From Candidatus Magasanikiibacteriota bacterium (GTDB taxonomy: Bacteria > Patescibacteriota > Patescibacteriia > Magasanikbacterales > JACTTX01): a DNA stretch of 64,000 nt. Of this stretch, positions 57,448 to 64,000 are shown piece by piece (the stretch's first letter is position 1; every line of letters starts with the position of its first letter). Below the pieces are notes generated by a model that ran no database searches, was not told where the DNA came from, and saw only the letters and a program-made list of their open reading frames with translations. Position numbers and translations under genes: made by a program. The DNA lies in assembly GCA_015661005.1 (NCBI GenBank), contig JACTTX010000002.1, positions 856 through 64,855 of the forward strand. Reading direction: 5' to 3'.

Positions 57448-60102
57448 TTAGATTGCTCCTTTAACGCCAACACTGCGGTATTTGCCCAAGAAAATCCGTT
57501 TTGCCGCTTCAATGATCGTGATCTCAACGGCCACAATGAGGAGAATCCACCCCCAAGCCGAAACCGTGAGCGGCACGACGCCAAGTATTTGCGTGAGTGG
57601 CGGAAAATAAATAGCCGCCATGAGAAGCAGAATCCCGCCGACCACGGCAAAGTTTAAATAGCGGTTGCCAAAAATATCGCGATTAAAAATTGCCCGCGGC
57701 AGTGACCGAATGCTGTAAGCGTAAATCAAGGAATCAAGCGCGGCGACCGCAAAAACTATACTCCGCGTTTCAGAAAGCGCCACGCCGCCGGCATTAAGCT
57801 GCCAAAAGAGACCAATCACGACGGCGGCGCTTACCAAAAAAGTAACACCCATGAAAGAGCCCATTCGCCCATCAATAATCGGATCACTAAGACGCCGCGG
57901 CGGTTCCTCCATCACGCCCTTGGTATCATGCTCGGTCGTGAGCGCCATATTCGGAAGACTGTCTTCAATCACGTTAATCCATAAAATTTGCGTCGGCAGA
58001 AGCGGCAAAGGCCAGCCGGCGATCATCGCCGCCAAGAAAAGCGCGATTTCCGCAAAATCATCGGCGAGAAGAAAAATAAAAATTTTCTGAATCGTCCGGA
58101 ACATGGCGCGTCCTTGGCCGATGGCATTCACGAGCGTATGAAAGTTGTCATCAAGAAGAACAATGTCGGCAACTTCCTTGGCGGCTTCCGTTCCTGATCC
58201 CAGAGCCACGCCAACATGCGCGCTCTTCAAAGCCGGAGCGTCATTCACGCCGTCGCCGATCATCGCCACCACTTCCCCGTTTTCACGCAAAGCCCGCACG
58301 ATTCTTAATTTATGAAGTGGCGAGACGCGCGCATAGAGAGTGATTGAGCGGACGCGCTCTCTTAGTTCAGCGTCAGACATTTGATCAAGCGCTTGACCCT
58401 CAATTGCCTCTTCCGCCGACACGGTCAACCCGGCGCGGAGAGCCACGGCCAACGCGGTATTTTTATGATCGCCCGTTACGAGCACCGTGCGCACTCCGGC
58501 GCGCGCCGTCTGGATCAGCGCCTGGCGCGCATCCGGACGCACCGGATCAGTAAGGGCAATAAAACCGATGAGCGTCAGCTCGCGGACGGCGTTTAAGAGT
58601 TCACCGCGCCGCGGCCGTTCTTTTAAATGACGGTGCGCCGCGAGGACAACCCGATACCCCTCGGCTGTAAGCTCCTCAAAGCGGCGTAAAATTTTTCCGG
58701 TGTATTCGGCAGTAAAAGGCTTTGAACCGCCATTATAATCAATCCGGTTGCACGATGGAATAAGAAAATCCGGCGCGCCCACCACTTCCAGCACATAATC
58801 GCCGTCAGTCCGCATGAGCGCAATACTCATCTTGCGCGACGAATCAAAAGGAAGATGATCCACACGCCGCGCATTTATCTTCTGCCAATCAATTCCCGCT
58901 TCCGTGGCGGCCCGCAAGAGCGCTTGTTCTGTTGGCGAACCGTGAATGATTAGATGATCGCGCGCTGAATCCGGATTCTCTATAAAAGCGGAGGAGGTTT
59001 GGACGATGGCCGTCAACGCTTTAAGGTGCGAAGCGTGATGATTATTTTTTGCGCGATCGGAATCGTGAAGAAGTTCGGCAAAAGTTGTAAGAATATTGGT
59101 GACGCGCATCTGACCGGTCGTAATCGTGCCGGTTTTGTCCGTGCAAATCACGGTAACGGCGCCGAGCGTTTCATTGGCAATGAGCCGCCGGACCAGCGCC
59201 TGGCGCTTAACGAGCCGCCGCATTCCAAAAACGAGCACAATGGTGATTCCGGGGAGCAGACCGGCGGGGATTGCGGATACGGAAAGCGCCACGGCCGAGA
59301 GAAACATTTCAAAAAGAGGAAGACCGCGCAGAAATCCCAATATGAACACGATGAGGGCAAAACCCAAAACCAGAACGCCAACGAGCCGCGCCAGTTCCGC
59401 AAGTTTTTTCTGCAGAGGTGTGGGCGGCTCTTCAATGTTCCTCACCGCGCCCACGATTTTTCCAAACTCGGTAGCGGCGCCGGTTGCCGTAACGCAGGCC
59501 GTCCCTTCCCCTTCAGCAACCGTCGTGCCAAGCCAGAGCATATTCGTCCGACTATAAAGCGGAGCGTCTTCCGGAACCGGATCAATCTTTTTTTGAACGA
59601 CATCCGATTCTCCAGTCAGCGCCGCTTCATTTGTTTTAAGCGCATGCGCTTCAATGAGCCGAGCATCAGCCGGCACTTTGGCGCCGAGCCGCACGGCAAT
59701 GATATCTCCAACAACCATATCCTCGGCGTCAATGACGCGCCATGATCCGTCGCGCAAGACAACCGCTTCGGTCTTGGCAAATTTACGCAGAGCAATGAGC
59801 GCGGTCTGGGCTTTTCGCTCCTGAATAAAACCAAGTAGGCCATTGGCGATGACAACAACCGAAATAAAAAAACCGTCTACCAGATGGCCAATCGTGAAAG
59901 TAACGGCGGCGGCAAAAATCAGAATATAACCGATCGGATTGGTAAATTGCCGGATGAAAAGACGCAAGGCCCCGAGAGGGCGCTCGCGGGGAAGCGCGTT
60001 GCGGCCCCACTGTACCAGCCGCGCCGCCACTTCCTTTTGGCTTAAACCGTTCCGGGCGGCGTCAATTTCACGAACGATATTTTGGGATGAGCGTTCACTC
60101 AT
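57448..60102 (-). CDS. P-type cation-transporting ATPase (type IIA-like)
   Basis: LTGES, CTDKTGT, DPVR, TGDH, MIGDGVNDAPAL. Confidence 0.95.
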   Translation of the reverse strand: MSERSSQNIVREIDAARNGLSQKEVAARLVQWGRNALPRERPLGALRLFIRQFTNPIGYILIFAAAVTFTIGHLVDGFFISVVVIANGLLGFIQERKAQTALIALRKFAKTEAVVLRDGSWRVIDAEDMVVGDIIAVRLGAKVPADARLIEAHALKTNEAALTGESDVVQKKIDPVPEDAPLYSRTNMLWLGTTVAEGEGTACVTATGAATEFGKIVGAVRNIEEPPTPLQKKLAELARLVGVLVLGFALIVFILGFLRGLPLFEMFLSAVALSVSAIPAGLLPGITIVLVFGMRRLVKRQALVRRLIANETLGAVTVICTDKTGTITTGQMRVTNILTTFAELLHDSDRAKNNHHASHLKALTAIVQTSSAFIENPDSARDHLIIHGSPTEQALLRAATEAGIDWQKINARRVDHLPFDSSRKMSIALMRTDGDYVLEVVGAPDFLIPSCNRIDYNGGSKPFTAEYTGKILRRFEELTAEGYRVVLAAHRHLKERPRRGELLNAVRELTLIGFIALTDPVRPDARQALIQTARAGVRTVLVTGDHKNTALAVALRAGLTVSAEEAIEGQALDQMSDAELRERVRSITLYARVSPLHKLRIVRALRENGEVVAMIGDGVNDAPALKSAHVGVALGSGTEAAKEVADIVLLDDNFHTLVNAIGQGRAMFRTIQKIFIFLLADDFAEIALFLAAMIAGWPLPLLPTQILWINVIEDSLPNMALTTEHDTKGVMEEPPRRLSDPIIDGRMGSFMGVTFLVSAAVVIGLFWQLNAGGVALSETRSIVFAVAALDSLIYAYSIRSLPRAIFNRDIFGNRYLNFAVVGGILLLMAAIYFPPLTQILGVVPLTVSAWGWILLIVAVEITIIEAAKRIFLGKYRSVGVKGAI

Positions 60103-60135
60103 ATAAGCTGAATCGTATATAAAGCATGAAGCGCG

Positions 60136-60963
60136 TCATTTCTGACACTTGGGACAAAAATGCGTTCCGCGGCCGCCAACGCGAATTTTTTTAATAATTC
60201 CACCGTCGTTGCGGCGACATTTTTCTCCGTCACGATCATACACTTTAAGAAACGGAACGTATGTCCCCTGCTGGCCGTGCGCGTCAAGATAAGCATCAGC
60301 GGATGTCCCGCGATTTTTGATAGCCGCGGTTAAAATTTTTTTGGCGGCCGTGAACATAATCTTTAATTCGGCGGCGGATAGCCGATTGGCCGGACGCTCC
60401 GGATGAACGCCAGCCGCAAAACAAATTTCGTCAGCGTAAATGTTACCGATGCCGGCAATACAGGTTTGCTCCATTAAGACCTGTTTAATTTTTTTTCGGC
60501 CGCGGCCGCGAATACATTCAACAAATTTTTTGAAGCTGAACGCGGCGGTCAATGGTTCGGGTCCGTAATTTTGCGCCGCCAATTCTTTTTGCAATCCGGC
60601 GTCATCCATCAATTTCAAAAATCCGAACTTGCGATAGTCCTCAAAGTAAAGATCATTCTTGCCGGAGAGAATAAATTGGATATGCGTGTGCTTATTTGGC
60701 GATGTTCCCTTTTTAACAATTAAAAACCGGCCGGTCATTTTAAGATGCCCAAGCATTCTTAACCCATTGCTTAATTCAAAGACCAAAAGTTTGGCGCGTC
60801 GGCCGACGGCAAGAATCTTTTTTCCTTTGAGCATTGTCCTAAATTTTTCTGATGAAACATTCAAGCGTTTCCTAAAATTTACAATGACGCCACGGATGGT
60901 GGCGCCAACAATTTCTTTTTGCAGTTGGCGACGGATGGTTTCAACTTCCGGAAGTTCGGGCAT
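60136..60963 (-). CDS. mutM: Formamidopyrimidine-DNA glycosylase
   Basis: MPELPEVET, HLKMTG, GIGNIYADE, FCPKCQ. Confidence 0.97.
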   Translation of the reverse strand: MPELPEVETIRRQLQKEIVGATIRGVIVNFRKRLNVSSEKFRTMLKGKKILAVGRRAKLLVFELSNGLRMLGHLKMTGRFLIVKKGTSPNKHTHIQFILSGKNDLYFEDYRKFGFLKLMDDAGLQKELAAQNYGPEPLTAAFSFKKFVECIRGRGRKKIKQVLMEQTCIAGIGNIYADEICFAAGVHPERPANRLSAAELKIMFTAAKKILTAAIKNRGTSADAYLDAHGQQGTYVPFLKVYDRDGEKCRRNDGGIIKKIRVGGRGTHFCPKCQK

Positions 60964-60998
60964 AATAAGACAACAGACAACGCAAGAAGGGATAGCTT

Positions 60999-62597
60999 CT
61001 AAATAAGCGGCCTCCCGCTCATCTCCGGCGGCGGCGCAATCCCGAGCAGTTTCAAAATCGTGGGCGCTACATCCGCCAAAACACCAACCGGTTGGGATAA
61101 ACTCAAATCCCCTTCAATGGCGTCGTTACCCATCGCGTTTTGACCTTCCCATTGCTTGCCGCAAACAATAAAGGGGATGGGATTGGTGGAATGCTCTTTG
61201 TCCTTTTCACCGGTTTTTAGATTCACCAACTCCTCGCCGTTTCCATGATCAGCCGTGAAAACCAAAACGCCGCCATGCGCCAGCGTCAAATCCAAAATCG
61301 GCCCGAGCGCTTTATCAATCGCTTCCACGCCTCTGATTGTTGCCGCCAGATCTCCGGTGTGTCCGACCATATCAGCATTCGCGAAATTCATTAAAATGCA
61401 ATCGTACTTGCTGGATTCAATGGCCGCCGCGCATGCTTTGCCTAACTCCGCCGCCGCCATTTCCGGCGCCTCGGCGTATGATGCCACCTTGGGCGAAGGA
61501 ATAATCTGGCGATCCTCTCCCGGAAACGGATCTTCAATCGTGCCATTTAGGAAAAAAGTGATGTGGGCGTATTTTTCCGTTTCCGCCAAATGAAGTTGCT
61601 TGAGTCCGGCGTTGGCCAGAAGTTCCGCCAAAGAATTTTTAATGACGTCCGGCGGATAGGCCACCGTTACCGGCAAACCCTTTTCAAATTCAGCCATGGT
61701 GGCAAAAAAAAGATTTTGAATCCGCGGACGAGTGAACTTATCAAAACTCGGAAGCACAAATGCCTTGGTCAATTCCCGCGCGCGATCCGGACGGAAGTTC
61801 ATAAAAATGACGGCATCATTGTCTTTAACATTGCCAACGGGCGCGCCATTCTTCACCATTGTTACCGGCAAAAATTCTTCATCATACACTTTGGCGGCGT
61901 AAGACGTCTCTATGGCTTTAAGCGGATCTTCAAAGATGGGTGCGTCTGACGCTGATGTCCAAGTCATGGCGCGATACATTTTTTCCACGCGCTCCCAGCG
62001 GTTATCGCGATCCATGGCAAACATCCGTCCACCGAGCGAGGCAATTTCACCAACACCAATCTCTTTCATCCGGCTCATGGCGCGGCCGATAAAGTCCTTG
62101 CCGCTGTCAAACTTAACATCGCGACCGTCAAGAATGGCATGGACTTTAACGTTGGATATTCCTTGTTGTTTGGCAAATTGGCAAAGAGCGTAAAGATGAT
62201 CTTCGGCGCCATGGACGTTCCCCGGAGAAAGAATGCCCAAAAGATGCAAAGTGGAATTATTTTTTTTGACGTGCTCGGCGGCTTGAAGGAACGCCGTGTT
62301 TTTAAAAAATTCTCCGGTCACGATTTCTTTATTGATGCGCGGAAAAGTTTGATAGTACACGCGTCCGGCTCCAATGTTCAAATGCCCGACTTCCGAGTTG
62401 CCCATTTCTCCCCAAGAAAGTCCGACTTCAATACCGGATGCCACGATGGTAACCGCCGGATATGTCCGCACCATCCGATCAAAGTTTGGTTTTTTGGCGA
62501 GGGTAATGGCATTGCCGTCCGAAGGCGGCGCCACGCCCCAACCGTCACAGATCACAAGAACGAGCGGACGAGGACGATTGGCGGAGGCGTCAGTCAT
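60999..62597 (-). CDS. gpmI: 2,3-bisphosphoglycerate-independent phosphoglycerate mutase
   Basis: DGWG, MGNSEVGHLNIGAGR, AMDRDNRW, AETEKYAH, DMVGHTG, TADHGN. Confidence 0.97.
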   Translation of the reverse strand: MTDASANRPRPLVLVICDGWGVAPPSDGNAITLAKKPNFDRMVRTYPAVTIVASGIEVGLSWGEMGNSEVGHLNIGAGRVYYQTFPRINKEIVTGEFFKNTAFLQAAEHVKKNNSTLHLLGILSPGNVHGAEDHLYALCQFAKQQGISNVKVHAILDGRDVKFDSGKDFIGRAMSRMKEIGVGEIASLGGRMFAMDRDNRWERVEKMYRAMTWTSASDAPIFEDPLKAIETSYAAKVYDEEFLPVTMVKNGAPVGNVKDNDAVIFMNFRPDRARELTKAFVLPSFDKFTRPRIQNLFFATMAEFEKGLPVTVAYPPDVIKNSLAELLANAGLKQLHLAETEKYAHITFFLNGTIEDPFPGEDRQIIPSPKVASYAEAPEMAAAELGKACAAAIESSKYDCILMNFANADMVGHTGDLAATIRGVEAIDKALGPILDLTLAHGGVLVFTADHGNGEELVNLKTGEKDKEHSTNPIPFIVCGKQWEGQNAMGNDAIEGDLSLSQPVGVLADVAPTILKLLGIAPPPEMSGRPLI

Positions 62598-62606
62598 ATT
62601 TTTGCG

Positions 62607-62813
62607 CTACAAAATTTTAATCAGATTTTCAATCGTGATATCAATATCATTTAATATAACCCTTCAGAGTTTTCGGCGCCATATCGCCGCTATGATATGG
62701 TATAACCGCAAAACGTCCATCTTTATGGCGAACAAAATAATGACTTCTTTTTTGCCGCTCAATAAAAAAGCTCGCCATGGCGCTTTTAATTCACGACCGA
62801 CAAGGTACCCGCA
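62607..62813 (-). pseudogene. hicA: Decayed orphan HicA toxin
   Basis: FFIERQKRSHYFVRHKDGRFAVIPYHSGDMAPKTLK / VILNDIDITIENLIKIL* across a frameshift; degraded N-terminus. Confidence 0.75.
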
Positions 62814-63044
62814 TCAACCCAATTTTTTCTTCATCTCTTCAAACTGTTTTTCCGTAATTTCTCCTTTAGCAAAGCGTTCTTTCAAAATATCAAGCGGCCG
62901 GTTGCCCGCGCCACCGCTCTTAAATTCACGGAGGAGCCAACGCGCAACCGCGGCAACGACCGCGATTATAATAACCCACCAAACAATCATCATCAACATC
63001 CCTAACCAACTAAATACTCCAGACCCGTAATATGGATACATCAT
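62814..63044 (-). CDS. SHOCT domain membrane protein
   Basis: TM helix then ILKERFAKGEITEKQFEEMKKKL. Confidence 0.9.
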   Translation of the reverse strand: MMYPYYGSGVFSWLGMLMMIVWWVIIIAVVAAVARWLLREFKSGGAGNRPLDILKERFAKGEITEKQFEEMKKKLG

Positions 63045-63048
63045 AGAA

Positions 63049-64000
63049 TTATTTTATTTCCCGCTCAATTTCCATTAAACGATTATATTTTTCCACACGC
63101 TCGGAACGCGACAGCGATCCGGTTTTGATAAATTCGGCGTTCACGGCCACGGCCAAGTCAGCAATGAAGGTGTCCGCCGTTTCACCGGAGCGGTGCGACA
63201 CAGAAATTTTGTAATTATTTTTTTGCGCGAGGAGAATGGTATCAATGGTTTCCGAAAGCGAACCGATTTGATTTAATTTTATCAAAATGGCGTTAGCGGC
63301 TCCCGTCCGGATACCTTGAGCTAAGCGCTCCTTGTTGGTGACAAAAAAATCATCGCCGACAATCGTGAATTTGTGGCCATGCTTGCTGGTGAAAGATACC
63401 CAGTTGTCCCAATCATCTTCCGCGAGCGGATCTTCAATGGAGATGAGCGGATACTTCCGGCCCCAACCCGCCGCCATCTCCATCATTTTCTCCGGCGTAA
63501 GTTTTTTTCCTTCAAAGTTGTAAATGCCGTTTTCAAAAAATTCCGAAGCGGCCACATCCATACCGAGCATAACATCATGGCCGACCTTATATCCGGCTTT
63601 GGTGATGGCCCGAACAATAACTTGCAGAGCTTTTTCCGATCCGCCGAGCCGCGGCGCAAAACCGCCTTCATCGCCAACCGAGGTGGCAAAGCCGTCGGCT
63701 TTCAAAATGCCTTTGAGGGCGTGAAATACTTCCGCGCCCATGCGCACGCGCTCATTCATTTTATTATTTTGCGGAATAATCATAAACTCCTGCACGGAAA
63801 GGCCGGAGTCCGCGTGCACGCCGCCGTTAATAATGTTCATGGTGGCCACCGGCAGACGAAAATTTTTGTGTTTCAAATTGAAAGCTTGCCGCAGATATTG
63901 GTAGAGCGGCTCCTTTGCCGACGTGGCGGCGGCACGGGCCACAGCCAAAGAAACACCAAGGATGGCGTTCGCGCCCAATCGCGATTTATTTTTTGTGCCG
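63049..64000 (-). CDS. eno: Enolase (5' end outside window)
   Basis: GANAILGVSLA, NGGVHAD, VGDEGGFAP, SIEDP, SHRSGET, KYNRL. Confidence 0.98.
   Translation of the reverse strand, partial: GTKNKSRLGANAILGVSLAVARAAATSAKEPLYQYLRQAFNLKHKNFRLPVATMNIINGGVHADSGLSVQEFMIIPQNNKMNERVRMGAEVFHALKGILKADGFATSVGDEGGFAPRLGGSEKALQVIVRAITKAGYKVGHDVMLGMDVAASEFFENGIYNFEGKKLTPEKMMEMAAGWGRKYPLISIEDPLAEDDWDNWVSFTSKHGHKFTIVGDDFFVTNKERLAQGIRTGAANAILIKLNQIGSLSETIDTILLAQKNNYKISVSHRSGETADTFIADLAVAVNAEFIKTGSLSRSERVEKYNRLMEIEREIK

Noticed and set aside
1-64000. TGA-to-Gly recoding, rRNA/tRNA genes, prophage
   Set aside because: Conserved genes such as rpsG and mutM end correctly at TGA; no rRNA, tRNA or phage structural genes were recognised by eye

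Overview
The window is chromosomal DNA, most likely from a Candidate Phyla Radiation (Patescibacteria) bacterium. This is inferred from a complete S10-spc ribosomal cluster lacking rpmD/L30, plus typical small-cell gene content; TGA is used as a stop. Most genes are on the minus strand. Bases 1-24.7 kb hold aspS (partial), asnS, recO, ruvX, map, adk, secY, the spc/S10 operons, tuf, fusA, rpsG and rpsL, with an accessory patch between fusA and tuf. Bases 24.7-37 kb hold hicB with a frameshifted hicA, a type II R-M pair, rpmB and a BlaI/M56-linked Cys/His-rich redox or metal cluster. Bases 37-49.9 kb and 57.4-64 kb are mostly housekeeping genes. The standout feature (50.0-57.3 kb) is a diversity-generating retroelement (DGR): one template repeat, two variable repeats differing from it almost only at adenines, a structured non-coding leader with its own promoter, no avd gene, and an N-terminally truncated RT. 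The two targets are a MoxR-like AAA+ ATPase fusion and a stand-alone paralogue of its C-terminal domain, in an operon with a transglutaminase-vWA fusion gene. All calls come from reading motifs by eye; no database searches or folding programs were run.
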